From: Candidatus Latescibacterota bacterium
GTDB taxonomy: Bacteria > Latescibacterota > UBA2968 > UBA8231
Length of the DNA stretch: 64,000 nucleotides
Reading direction: 5' to 3'
Assembly (NCBI GenBank): GCA_965242865.1
Contig: CBDETK010000013.1
Span: 4,352,001-4,416,000, forward strand
A model generated the notes under the pieces. The model saw only the letters and a list, made by a program, of their open reading frames with translations. It made no database searches and was not told the DNA's origin. Below, in pieces: positions 1-9,225 of the stretch; position 1 is the stretch's first letter; each line of letters opens with the position of its first letter. The position numbers and the translations under genes were made by a program.

Positions 1-721
1 CCGCAACATTAAGCGCAGCCAACAGCGCTCGCTCTGGGTGGGCATGGCCAAGGAGACGGCCCACCAGCTCGGGACCCCGCTCTCCTCGCTGTCCGGGTGG
101 CTGGAGCTGCTGCGCGGCGAGGTCGCCACTGTCCCGAGGCCGGACCGCGACGAGCGTTGGGAGCGCGTTGCTCAGATGATCGGGGAGATCGAGCAGGACA
201 TGCGCCGCCTCGATCAAATTGCCTCGCGCTTCAGCCAGATTGGCTCGGTGCCCGAACTCGCGGAAAAGGATGTAGCCGCCGTGCTGGAGGAGACGGTTGA
301 GTACTTCCGGCGGCGCGTCCCCCAGTTCGGGCGGCAGGAAATTGAGCTAGAATGCCGAAGCGACCTGCCGCTGGTGCCGATCAACGCCGAATTGATGAGC
401 TGGGCGTTTGAGAATCTGTGCAAAAACGCCATGGACGCCATGGAGGGCCAGACGGGCCGCTTGTGCATCCACCTAGCGCTTTTGCCCGAAGGCGTGCAGG
501 TCGCGTTTCAGGACGACGGGCGCGGCATTGAACCCGAGCACATCGAGCGCATCTTTGAGCCGGGGTTTAGCACCAAGAAGCGCGGCTGGGGGCTGGGGCT
601 GGTGTTTGTCAAGCGCATCGTCGAAGAATACCACAAGGGCAAGTTCCGCTTGGTGCAGAGCGCACCGGGCCAAGGCACGACGTTTGAGGTGGTTTTGCCC
701 TTGGGGGAGCAGCGTTCTTAA
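1..721 (+). CDS. Sensor histidine kinase (HisKA + HATPase_c), 5' end outside window
   Basis: H-box AKETAHQLGTPLSSL, N-box ENLCKNAMDA, G1 DDGRGI, F/G2 FEPGFSTKKRGWGLGL; frame open to window edge. Confidence 0.93.
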   Translation, partial: RNIKRSQQRSLWVGMAKETAHQLGTPLSSLSGWLELLRGEVATVPRPDRDERWERVAQMIGEIEQDMRRLDQIASRFSQIGSVPELAEKDVAAVLEETVEYFRRRVPQFGRQEIELECRSDLPLVPINAELMSWAFENLCKNAMDAMEGQTGRLCIHLALLPEGVQVAFQDDGRGIEPEHIERIFEPGFSTKKRGWGLGLVFVKRIVEEYHKGKFRLVQSAPGQGTTFEVVLPLGEQRS

Positions 722-818
722 CCATCGCGTTGGGTGGGAGGGGGTGGAACGGGTGCGCGGTTGTATCGTCTATCTAAGTACCCGACACGAGCGCACCGCC
801 TTCTAAGGATCGAGGGCG

Positions 819-922
819 GGACGCATTGGCAACAGCAGAAATAGATAAATCGCTGGCTGGGCGCGTGCTTTGTTTGCCGACAAGGCGATCCCGGACGCAT
901 TGGCAACACCAAATTAGATAAA
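819..922 (+). repeat. Pair of direct repeats upstream of porX-like gene
   Basis: GGACGCATTGGCAACA at 819-834 and 893-908, each followed by TAGATAAA (842-849, 915-922). Confidence 0.7.
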
Positions 923-931
923 GGGGGGCGC

Positions 932-2500
932 ATGGAAGGCGACAAGCGAAAGATACTCTGGGCCGACGACGAGATTGACCTGTTGCGCGCACACCGCCGC
1001 TTTCTCGACGAAAGGGGGTACGCGGTGACGCCGGTGAGCAACGGCCAAGACGCCATTGCCCTGATTGCCCAAGCACCCTTTGACATCGTGCTGCTCGACG
1101 AGATGATGCCGGGGTTGGACGGACTTTCGACCTTGGAGCAGATCAAGCGGGCCGATCCCAACGTGCCGGTGATTATGATCACGAAGAACGAAGAAGAGCA
1201 CCTGATGGACGAGGCCATTGGTCGCCGCATCGACAACTACCTGACCAAGCCGGTCAACCCCAGCCAGATCTTCATGGCGTGCAAACAGCTCCTCGATGTG
1301 CGGCAGATTCGCCAGAGCCAAGCCGGGCAGCACTATGTCTTGCGGGCCGGCCAGATCCGCGACCAGCTTGCCGGGGCGACTTGGCAGACTTGGATCGACA
1401 TATACCGGCAGCTCTGCGAGTGGGACATTGAGGTGGCGCGCTTGGGCGATGGGGGGCTCGGGCAGATGATTGGGGATCAGCGCCGCGAATGCAACCGCCA
1501 GTTCGGGCGCTTTGTCGAGCAGCACTACGCCCGCTGGGTAGCGGACGAGGAGGACTCGCCGCCGCTGTCGGTGGATGTGGTGCCCGAGTTCGTGGTGCCC
1601 TATCTCGAACAGGGCCGGCAGGTATTCTTCATTGTGGTTGATTGCCTGCGCTTAGACCACTGGCTGGTGATGGAGCCGCAGTTGGCCGAGTATTTCAACA
1701 TCAAGCGCTCCTATCACTACTCGATTTTGCCAACGGCCACGCCCTTTGCGCGCAACGCCATTTTCAGCGGGCTGTTCCCCAAAGAGATCGCCGACAAATA
1801 CCGCACGCGGTGGCACGAGGCCCAAGACAACGAATACAGCCTCAACCGGCACGAGCACCAGTTCATTGACGACCTGATCCGCGACATGGGCGTCGCGCTC
1901 AACCCGGGTTCGCACTACGTCAAGGTGCTCGACACCAGCGAGGCCCGGAAATTGACCCGCAAGGTCGCATCGCTGGGCAAGTGGCCGCTCGTGTCGGTGG
2001 TGTACAATTTTCTCGACATGCTGGTTCACAGCCAAGCGCAGTCCGACCTGCTGCGGGAAATGGCTCCCAACGAGGCGGCCTTTCGCGCATTGGTGCAGAC
2101 GTGGTTTGGCAATGCGTCGCTGTTTGAGACCCTCAAGGGCATTGCTCACACGGACGCGGTGGTGGTGCTGACGACCGACCACGGCTCCATGCGCGGTACG
2201 CGCGCTTCCGTGGTACATGGCGACCGCAGCACGTCTCCGAGCCTGCGCTACAAGTACGGCCAGAATCTGCGCTGCGAGGAAAAGGACGCGCTGCTGATCG
2301 CCGACCCGGAGGCCTACGGGCTGCCTGCGACCGGCCTGGGGCACAGCTTCGTCATTGCCCGCGAGGACTTCTACTTTGTCTATCCGACCCAGTTCAACAA
2401 GTACCAGCGCCGCTACAAGGGCAGCTTCCAGCACGGCGGCATATCGCTGGAGGAAATGATTTTGCCCGTGGCGATCATGGAGCCCAAGGGGGGAAAGTGA
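932..2500 (+). CDS. porX: PorX-like response regulator: REC domain + PglZ alkaline-phosphatase-family domain
   Basis: N-terminal REC (WADDE, LLDEMMPG, ITK, YLTKP); PglZ motifs VDCLRLD, SILPTATPFARNAIFSG, TTDHG, FQHGGISLEEM; followed by tsaE as in Bacteroidota. Confidence 0.88.
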   Translation: MEGDKRKILWADDEIDLLRAHRRFLDERGYAVTPVSNGQDAIALIAQAPFDIVLLDEMMPGLDGLSTLEQIKRADPNVPVIMITKNEEEHLMDEAIGRRIDNYLTKPVNPSQIFMACKQLLDVRQIRQSQAGQHYVLRAGQIRDQLAGATWQTWIDIYRQLCEWDIEVARLGDGGLGQMIGDQRRECNRQFGRFVEQHYARWVADEEDSPPLSVDVVPEFVVPYLEQGRQVFFIVVDCLRLDHWLVMEPQLAEYFNIKRSYHYSILPTATPFARNAIFSGLFPKEIADKYRTRWHEAQDNEYSLNRHEHQFIDDLIRDMGVALNPGSHYVKVLDTSEARKLTRKVASLGKWPLVSVVYNFLDMLVHSQAQSDLLREMAPNEAAFRALVQTWFGNASLFETLKGIAHTDAVVVLTTDHGSMRGTRASVVHGDRSTSPSLRYKYGQNLRCEEKDALLIADPEAYGLPATGLGHSFVIAREDFYFVYPTQFNKYQRRYKGSFQHGGISLEEMILPVAIMEPKGGK

Positions 2501-2955
2501 AAAAGGTTTTCACCACGCGTTCGGCCGCTCAGACCCACGCGCTGGGGGCTGCGCTGGGGCGGTGCTTGGGACCGGGCGACGTGGTCGCCTTTCGCGGCGA
2601 CTTGGGCAGCGGTAAGACCTGCATGATCCAAGGCGTGTGCGAGGCGCTGCAAGTGGCCGATTACGTCACGAGTCCAACCTTCATCCTGATCAACGAATAC
2701 GCCGGCCAATGCAGGGGGCGCGAGCTGCCCGTCTATCACTTTGATCTCTATCGGCTGGGGGGCGTTGACCAGCTTGAGGAATTGGGGGCAGCAGAGTACT
2801 TTTACGGCCGCGGCGTCTGTCTGGTTGAGTGGGCCGAGCGCGCCGATGGTGCGTTGCCCGATAGATGCTGCCACGTGTGGCTAGCGTACGGCGGGGAGGC
2901 TTGCGAGCGGCGGATTACCTTGCAAGGAGCTGGGGTGGGCGAAATAGCGTTCTGA
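2497..2955 (+). CDS. tsaE: tRNA threonylcarbamoyladenosine biosynthesis ATPase
   Basis: GDLGSGKT Walker A, VTSPTF, HFDLYRL, VEWAER. Confidence 0.95.
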   Translation: MKKVFTTRSAAQTHALGAALGRCLGPGDVVAFRGDLGSGKTCMIQGVCEALQVADYVTSPTFILINEYAGQCRGRELPVYHFDLYRLGGVDQLEELGAAEYFYGRGVCLVEWAERADGALPDRCCHVWLAYGGEACERRITLQGAGVGEIAF

Positions 2956-2974
2956 GAATTAAAGGGAGGGGACT

Positions 2975-3703
2975 TTGCAGCGGCTAATAGTGAGCCTTTG
3001 CATGGCCGCGGGGCCGGCCGCGGCCGACTGGGTCGAGTTGACCCGCTTGATCGATAGCCCAACGGCTGGGTTGGTTGCCAAGGGGCAGTACGCGGTGAAG
3101 GCGCGCCTGTTTGCCAACGGGGGAGCTGTCGGGCGCTTGCAGGTGGGGGTGCTCAAGCGTCTGAGCGTGGGCGCGTCTTTTGGCGGCGAGCAACTTATTG
3201 GCACGGGCGTGGTCGATTGGTATCCGCGGGTGGGATTGGCGGCCCGCTGTCGGCTCCTCGAAGAGGGCTACACCTGGCCCGCGCTGGTCTTGGGCTTTGA
3301 TTCCCAAGGCGTCGGGCCGTATCGCGGCGCGCGCTACCAAGTCAAATCCAAGGGAATCTACTTGGCACTGAGCAAGAATTACACCTCAATCCTCGGCGAA
3401 CTCGGCGTCCACGCGGGCGTCAATCGGTCGCGCGAAGATGCCGGCGGCGGCGATTGGTCCGCGTGGTTGGGTCTCGACAAGAGCTTGAGATTTATGGCGC
3501 TGTTCGCCGAGTACGACTGGGGCCGCAACAACGGCCTACCGAACCAAGGCGTGGAGGACGGCTATTTGAACGTCGGCGGGGCTTGGACCGTAACGCCGCA
3601 GCTGCGAGTCGCGTACTATTTCAAAAACGCGCTGGAAAGCGATCACTTCGACGCCCAGTCCATTCGGGAGCTGTCGGTCACGTACAGGGGGAAATTGCGA
3701 TGA
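2975..3703 (+). CDS. Exported YjbH-like outer-membrane beta-barrel protein
   Basis: Signal peptide, LIDSPTAG motif, amphipathic beta-strands. Confidence 0.6.
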   Translation: MQRLIVSLCMAAGPAAADWVELTRLIDSPTAGLVAKGQYAVKARLFANGGAVGRLQVGVLKRLSVGASFGGEQLIGTGVVDWYPRVGLAARCRLLEEGYTWPALVLGFDSQGVGPYRGARYQVKSKGIYLALSKNYTSILGELGVHAGVNRSREDAGGGDWSAWLGLDKSLRFMALFAEYDWGRNNGLPNQGVEDGYLNVGGAWTVTPQLRVAYYFKNALESDHFDAQSIRELSVTYRGKLR

Positions 3704-5046
3704 AGATACTGGCTATTGCTTTGCTATGCGTTTGGGTCGGCGGCGCGGTGGCCCAAGAGGAGCGGGCCATCGACAATTTTGCCGGGGTCGGGGTGCGGGC
3801 TATGGGCATGGGCGGTGCTTTTGTGGGGGTGGCCGACGACTTCACGGCTATGTACTGGAACCCGGCGGGCTTGGCCCAGATGCAGCGGCGCGAGGTGCAA
3901 GTGTCTTTCCTGCGCAACAGCCGCGCCAACGATTCGGTTTTCAACGGCACTGCGGGGAGCAGCGAGCTGACCAATACGCGCTTTGGCTCGCTGGGCTTTG
4001 TCTATCCCTATCCGGTCTATCGCGGCAGCTTGGTTTTGGCGGCTGGCTTTACCCGCATCAAGGACTTTGACTGGAGTCTCAGTCGCAAAGGCGACGACAA
4101 CGGGCTTACGGCGGACCACGCCTTCCAGCACGAGGGCGAGTTGGCTTTGGCCGGGGTGTCGGCTGCCCTCGACGTGTCGCCGGCTGTTTCGTTGGGAATG
4201 ACCTTGGGGTTGGTCAGCGGCGAAGACGAGGCGGTCAATGAATTTGACTGGGCCGATTCGCAGGACAAGTTCCTCGAGTCGCGCTTTCTCTCCCGCGATA
4301 CCTTTGCGGATGAATACCAGCGGACTCCATATCTCATCTTGGGCGCGATGCTGCGCACTCCGCGGGACGCGCCCCGCTATAGGCTAGGCGCGACGTTTGC
4401 CGCCGGGAGGGCGCACAAAATCCGCTACAAGTTTACTGGCCCGGTGTCCTCTGGTGAAAGAAATCCCTGCAATCCAGACGAGTTACTCGAAGAGGACTAT
4501 GACTCCATTGCGTGCGACGACGGGACCATAGGGAATTTCTCGGACGAAAATCTGAGCAACACGTACCAACTCACGCTGCCTTTTGAGTTCGGCGTGGGCG
4601 TTTCGGCCGAGGCCCTGCCGGGCCTGACGCTGGCTGGCAGCCTGCATTTGGCCGAGTGGTCGCAGAGCGAGTACCAGGGCACCGATGAATACGACTTGCG
4701 CGCTGCTACCTCGTTTGAGACCCAGTACCGAGATGTCTTGCGCTATCACTTAGGCGTTGAGTACCAAATGCCGGTCGTCGCGCTCGATCTGAGGGCTGGC
4801 TACTTCGTGGACCCGGTTCCCTTTGTCGGCCCACGCGACCCCAATTCCGACGATCCGCCCATCCGCATTGAGGAAGACCGCCGGTTTATCACCCTCGGGG
4901 CCGGCATATTGATCGACGAGGCTGTCCAAGTCGATTTGGCTTGGGTGCGGGGTGCGTTTAAGCAAGTGGAAGAGTACTCGGGCAACGTCCTCAGCGAGGA
5001 CTACGCGATCAATCGCCTCGTCGTCGGCGTGGGCTACAATTTTTAG
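3700..5046 (+). CDS. OmpP1/FadL (PorV-like) outer-membrane beta-barrel
   Basis: ATG overlapping upstream TGA (ATGA); signal peptide; GVRAMGMGGAFVGVADDFTAMYWNPAGL; C-terminal YNF. Confidence 0.85.
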   Translation: MKILAIALLCVWVGGAVAQEERAIDNFAGVGVRAMGMGGAFVGVADDFTAMYWNPAGLAQMQRREVQVSFLRNSRANDSVFNGTAGSSELTNTRFGSLGFVYPYPVYRGSLVLAAGFTRIKDFDWSLSRKGDDNGLTADHAFQHEGELALAGVSAALDVSPAVSLGMTLGLVSGEDEAVNEFDWADSQDKFLESRFLSRDTFADEYQRTPYLILGAMLRTPRDAPRYRLGATFAAGRAHKIRYKFTGPVSSGERNPCNPDELLEEDYDSIACDDGTIGNFSDENLSNTYQLTLPFEFGVGVSAEALPGLTLAGSLHLAEWSQSEYQGTDEYDLRAATSFETQYRDVLRYHLGVEYQMPVVALDLRAGYFVDPVPFVGPRDPNSDDPPIRIEEDRRFITLGAGILIDEAVQVDLAWVRGAFKQVEEYSGNVLSEDYAINRLVVGVGYNF

Positions 5047-5123
5047 GATTCTTTTTGCTCGAATGACTGGTTTGTGTATATTCAAACCGAAGTAGTTCAA
5101 CCCGCTCCTCAAGGAGATTTTCT

Positions 5124-5834
5124 ATGAAAATGAAGGCTTTGATTTTGTGCTCGGCCCTGCCGCTAACCGCGCTGATGGCCAGCGGCTGCTACACCGTGCT
5201 CAACAGCCCGTACGAGGCGGTCAGCCTGCACGACGAGGATCTGGATCGCGCCAAGAGCCGCGATGCTGAGGCCCCCACGATTGGCCAGTTCGACGACCGC
5301 GATTACATGGACGATCTCTACCGCTATCCCGGGGTGCGCGGCGGCTACGGTGGCTACGGCGGCTACGGCGGCTATGGTGGCTATAGTGGCTATGGCGGTT
5401 ATTACTATCCCACCGCTCGCTACAATCCCTACTACTACGGCAGCTACCCTTACTACTACGGCGGCTACGGCCCTTATAGTTATGGGTACGATCCGTACTA
5501 TCGGAGTGGGGGCGGGTACTACGTGCCGCCGGGTTACGAGCTGATCAACACGCGCCAGCTCGACGATTTGCGCGCAGCGAGCCGGCGAAGCACGACGCCG
5601 ACGCTTGTCGACCCGGCCGCCGCGGCCAAAGTACAGCGCCGCGAAGAGTCCGTGTGGCAGCGGCGAGTCGAGCCTCGGGTGCGCAACGCGCCGACGCCTA
5701 CGCCGCGTGCGACATCCTCTACGAGTGCGACGCAACGCTCGACTCCGACGGCGTCCCCTGCGCCGTCTGCACCGGCCTCCAAATCGTCCGCGACAAAGAA
5801 ATCATCGGCCAAGCCCAAGAAGCGACGGCGTTAG
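5124..5834 (+). CDS. Gly/Tyr-rich lipoprotein with Ser/Thr/Pro/Lys-rich tail
   Basis: RBS AAGGAG, lipobox ASGC, (GGY)n repeats at ~5340-5400. Confidence 0.7.
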   Translation: MKMKALILCSALPLTALMASGCYTVLNSPYEAVSLHDEDLDRAKSRDAEAPTIGQFDDRDYMDDLYRYPGVRGGYGGYGGYGGYGGYSGYGGYYYPTARYNPYYYGSYPYYYGGYGPYSYGYDPYYRSGGGYYVPPGYELINTRQLDDLRAASRRSTTPTLVDPAAAAKVQRREESVWQRRVEPRVRNAPTPTPRATSSTSATQRSTPTASPAPSAPASKSSATKKSSAKPKKRRR

Positions 5835-5849
5835 TTTTTCGTCAGAGAC

Positions 5850-5894
5850 GCACAAAGAAGCGGAGGTCCTTTCGCGGCCTCCGCTTCTTTGTGC
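5850..5894. terminator. Long hairpin, probable intrinsic terminator
   Basis: GCACAAAGAAGCGGAGG / CCTCCGCTTCTTTGTGC 17-bp stem just after the lipoprotein stop. Confidence 0.75.
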
Positions 5895-6443
5895 CTAAGC
5901 GGGGAGCGTCGGCATGAGCCTTTCTTTGGCTTTTGACCTGCTTGACGCTTGGAGCTAAAGTTACGCGATTTTTCAAAGAAGTAATACGTATGATACAGCC
6001 TAATGGGAGGCTAACATGGCCGTTAAAAAGCTGACCCTGAGCGCACCAGAGGAAGTTATCGCCGAGACCAAGCGGATCGCGGCGAAAAAGAAAACCAGCG
6101 TTTCGGCACTTTTCGTGCGGCTTTTTCGCACGATTGACCGAGAATGCGATCCTAAAGACGCTCTAGGCCCGATTGCGCTCAGTGCATCTGGAATCGTGAA
6201 GTTGCCAGCGGATCAAACAGAAAGCGAGTTAATCGAAGACGCGCTTGCTGAAAAATATGAGATGCGAGTTGGTGCCCATGTTCTGATCACGCGCAATCCG
6301 AATGACTTCCCGCAGCTAGGGGTGAGCATTGCGACGCCCGAGGAGTTTCTGCAAATATGGGCCGATCGACGCGACGAATGCCTATAAGCGCATCCATCAG
6401 TTGGCTGTGGTAGCACCAGCGGAGGTCCTTTCGCGGCCTCCGC
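5859..6443 (+). repeat. 26-bp direct repeat flanking the TA remnant
   Basis: AGCGGAGGTCCTTTCGCGGCCTCCGC at 5859-5884 and 6418-6443. Confidence 0.85.
6016..6387 (+). pseudogene. DUF6364-like antitoxin fused to C-terminal remnant of a PIN toxin
   Basis: KKLTLS...TSVSALF...SGIVKLP...LAEKY antitoxin pattern, then MRV directly joined to ITRNPNDF...TPEEFL (PIN C-terminus); catalytic DTN region absent. Confidence 0.7.
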
Positions 6444-6478
6444 ACTAAGCCGCTGAGAATTCCGCTAAACGAGGGCCG

Positions 6479-7903
6479 CTAATTAGTTATAACGGCACCG
6501 TTTGCTACCATGGCGGGGATGTGTGTGTTGATTGATGCTTGGCTGAGAGGGTTTCCGCTCAGCTGGGTCGAAAAACTCGAGCGTTGAGCCGCAGATATGG
6601 GGATCAACGGACTCACATCCACAATCTGGTTGTTGGCTAGCTCCAGCACTGTCAAGCTGGTTAGGCTGCCCAACCCCTGTAGATTCACAATCCGGTTGCC
6701 GTATAGATTCAGCCTTGTCAGACTGGTTAGATTGCCCAACGCACTCACATTCACAATCCGGTTGTTGCGCAGACCCAGGTATGTCAGATTGGTTAGGTTG
6801 TGCAACGCACTTACATTCACAATCCGATTGTCGCGTAGCTCCAGGTATGTCAGATTGGTTAGGTTGCGCAACGCACTCACACTCGTAATCGAGTTGTTCC
6901 ACAGCTCCAGCGTCTCCAGCCCTGTCGCGTGTTCAAGGCCGGCCAAGTCCGCAATGCTTCGAGAGTTCGCTCGGAGTAAGGTCAGGGAAGCCAGATCCGC
7001 CGGGGTAATATCCCGGGGCGGGCAACCATCCGTCGGGCAAACTGTCCACCGCACCGCAAGCTCCAGATTGGCGTCGGGGATGAGTTTCGGTTCCTCCAGT
7101 TCTGGATAGACTTGGACGGTTTCGACGCGGGGGTATTTTTCTATTACCGCTACGACGCGGAGGCCGCTTGTTATCGCGGCGGCGAGTTGTTGGTTAGCGG
7201 CGTGCTGGCTAAGGGCGTTTTCCATCACGCCCAGCCATTGCAGGTTGGTCAGGCTCGCCAAGGGACTTATATCCGCAATCGCGTTGTCCCCTAGCTGGAG
7301 AAATTGCAGGTTCGTTAGGCGAGCTAATGGACTCACGTCGGTAATTTCGTTGCCCCACATATCCAGCGTGCGCAAGCGGATCAGGCTGGCCAGCGGACTC
7401 GCATCCGCCACCTTGTTGCCCCACAGCGACAACGTTTGAAGGTTGGTCAAGCTGGCCAACGGCTGCACGTCGGTAATCGCGTTGCCTCGCAGATACAACG
7501 TTGTCAGGGCCGTCGCGTGTTCGAGGCCGGCCACGCTCTCAATGTCTTTATAGCTAGCGTCAAGTTCGGTTAGGGCCGCCAAGTCTGCCGGGGTAATCGG
7601 CCCTGCCGGGCGATCCAACGCTTCCCGCACACACCGCTCCAAATTGGCGTCGGCAAACGCCACGGTGGCCGATTGGGTGCTATCGGCGTCGGCGTCGGTT
7701 TGGGTGGTGTCGGGGCTTTCCGGGGCGGGCAGCCCGTCGGTAGCGGTGTAGGTGTCGCCGCCCAAGAATTCGCACAAGGAACAGGTGGCTTTGCCCGCTG
7801 GACGAGAGGCGACCGGCGCGGAGTCCGAGCAGCCCATCCAAGTGCCGACGATGCCCAAAAGGACGAACGCAAGTAGGGTTTTGAGAGATTTCAACGAAAG
7901 CAT
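6479..7903 (-). CDS. Internalin-like leucine-rich-repeat lipoprotein
   Basis: Lipobox MGC; two cap motifs (FADANLE, IPDANLE), each followed by 22-aa LxxLTNLxxLxLxxNxIxD repeats. Confidence 0.9.
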   Translation of the reverse strand: MLSLKSLKTLLAFVLLGIVGTWMGCSDSAPVASRPAGKATCSLCEFLGGDTYTATDGLPAPESPDTTQTDADADSTQSATVAFADANLERCVREALDRPAGPITPADLAALTELDASYKDIESVAGLEHATALTTLYLRGNAITDVQPLASLTNLQTLSLWGNKVADASPLASLIRLRTLDMWGNEITDVSPLARLTNLQFLQLGDNAIADISPLASLTNLQWLGVMENALSQHAANQQLAAAITSGLRVVAVIEKYPRVETVQVYPELEEPKLIPDANLELAVRWTVCPTDGCPPRDITPADLASLTLLRANSRSIADLAGLEHATGLETLELWNNSITSVSALRNLTNLTYLELRDNRIVNVSALHNLTNLTYLGLRNNRIVNVSALGNLTSLTRLNLYGNRIVNLQGLGSLTSLTVLELANNQIVDVSPLIPISAAQRSSFSTQLSGNPLSQASINTHIPAMVANGAVITN

Positions 7904-8095
7904 TTTTTGCTCCTTTGTATGGTTGGGGAAGAAATGGTATGGAGGTGTGGAAGAGGGGCATGACGCCCCGAAAGAGGCAGAGTTAGCCCTAGGGCTAACT
8001 TGGAATTTGCTGGTGTTCTGGCGGCGTCCGGGGCGAGAAGATTCCGCCCTCGGTCCTTGGCAGACAGGTTGCGGGGGTGGTGCAGTAAACGTGGA

Positions 8096-8191
8096 TCAGC
8101 ATAAAGGCCGCACGGCAGCGTGCGCTTGGGGTCGTGCGGCCAGACCGACGCGACGCCCAATGGCCGCGCACGAGCCGTCGGCCTATGCTGA
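8096..8191. ncRNA. Candidate structured RNA: three-way junction with complementary loops
   Basis: P1 TCAGCATA/TATGCTGA, P2 GGCCGCACG/CGTGCGGCC, P3 CCGACG/CGTCGG; loop-loop complementarity CGTGCGC/GCGCACG and TTGGG/CCCAA. Confidence 0.4.
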
Positions 8192-8392
8192 GAAGTGGAG
8201 AGTTTAGTGCTTGGTGCTAGAGAAGAATTTTCGGGGGGGGAGTAAGTCGTTGTTTTTCAAGGGCTTACGACGCATTAAATCCGACGATGAATCCAAGCAT
8301 CCAACAGGGTTTTGCCCCACAGCAAGGCCCCTGTCTGATATGAAATGCTTAACCATCGTCTCGTTCATTCGCCAACTCCAAATGGGCCGCTG

Positions 8393-8493
8393 TAACGGGC
8401 AGGCACGGGGGCCTGCCCCAACGGGATTCTAACGGGCAGGCTACGGAGGCCCGCCCCAACGCTAACGGGCAGGCTACGGGGGCCTGCCCCAAC
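8393..8493. repeat. Three tandem REP-like palindromic units
   Basis: TAACGGGCAGGC(T)ACGG(G/A)GGCC(T/C)GCCCCAAC at 8393-8422, 8430-8460, 8463-8493. Confidence 0.85.
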
Positions 8494-8541
8494 AATCTTT
8501 ACGTTAAAAAAGCCCTTACGCAACCCTCACGCAAGGGGCAA

Positions 8542-9225
8542 CTAGTCGCCGCTTAGATCGAAGTGGCGGGCCTGCGGCTTGGGGGGTGGGGCGATGCGGA
8601 AGAGGAAGCGTTGTAAGGGGCGAGACAGGGCCATGAGCAGTTGGTGCTCGCCTTGTTTGTTGCCGCCGAAGAGCTGGAGTTGCACCGGCTGGTAATTGCG
8701 TTGTGTGCCCCCCTGCTGCCAGACTTGATTGGTGTTGAAGTTGATCAGGCTGACCTTGAGATCGACCGTCAGATCGATGCCGGGGTTGGGCGACATGCCG
8801 TAAGGCGTAGGCGAAATGGGCATCATCCGCGCTTGTAAGTGCCTCAGCTCGACGAAGACTAAGGCGTCGAGCTCGAGCTCTTCCTGAATAACGGCGCGGA
8901 TCGAGTCTTGGTGGACGCTCGTCGAGTCGAGGCGGACCCCTTTGATCTTGTACGTGATCTCGTCTTGGTTCATCACTTCGGTCTTGGGCATGTTGCTGAG
9001 GCTGCGGGCCACGGCGTTGGACAGCCGCGCCATGACCTTTTCGATGTCCAACTCGCGGAAAGGTTCGATGTTGGTCGTGCAAACGACGCCGAGGTGATCG
9101 ACTTCTGCGAGGAAGGGGCGCAAAGCCGGGTCGGGTTGCGCGGGGGCGCGAAATTCGACCCGGGTGAAAGCACTGCGGCTGCCGCAGCCCGCAATGAGCA
9201 GTGCGAGGAAAGCGACGCGGATCAA
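8542..9225 (-). CDS. Hypothetical lipoprotein
   Basis: Lipobox IAGC; 4-bp overlap with upstream Omp85 gene. Confidence 0.7.
   Translation of the reverse strand: MIRVAFLALLIAGCGSRSAFTRVEFRAPAQPDPALRPFLAEVDHLGVVCTTNIEPFRELDIEKVMARLSNAVARSLSNMPKTEVMNQDEITYKIKGVRLDSTSVHQDSIRAVIQEELELDALVFVELRHLQARMMPISPTPYGMSPNPGIDLTVDLKVSLINFNTNQVWQQGGTQRNYQPVQLQLFGGNKQGEHQLLMALSRPLQRFLFRIAPPPKPQARHFDLSGD

Noticed and set aside
932-2500. BREX system because of the PglZ domain
   Set aside because: REC-PglZ fusion next to tsaE is the PorX architecture; no other brx genes
3454-3699. Extension of the FadL-like ORF
   Set aside because: Overlaps the upstream gene; ATGA-coupled start with signal peptide at 3700
8242-8268. 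Imperfect palindrome GTAAGTCGTTG...CAAGGGCTTAC as a recombination site
   Set aside because: Single weak copy with no recombinase nearby
8393-8493. Possible mini CRISPR array
   Set aside because: Gaps between units are only 2-7 bp, with no spacers or cas genes; fits REP elements
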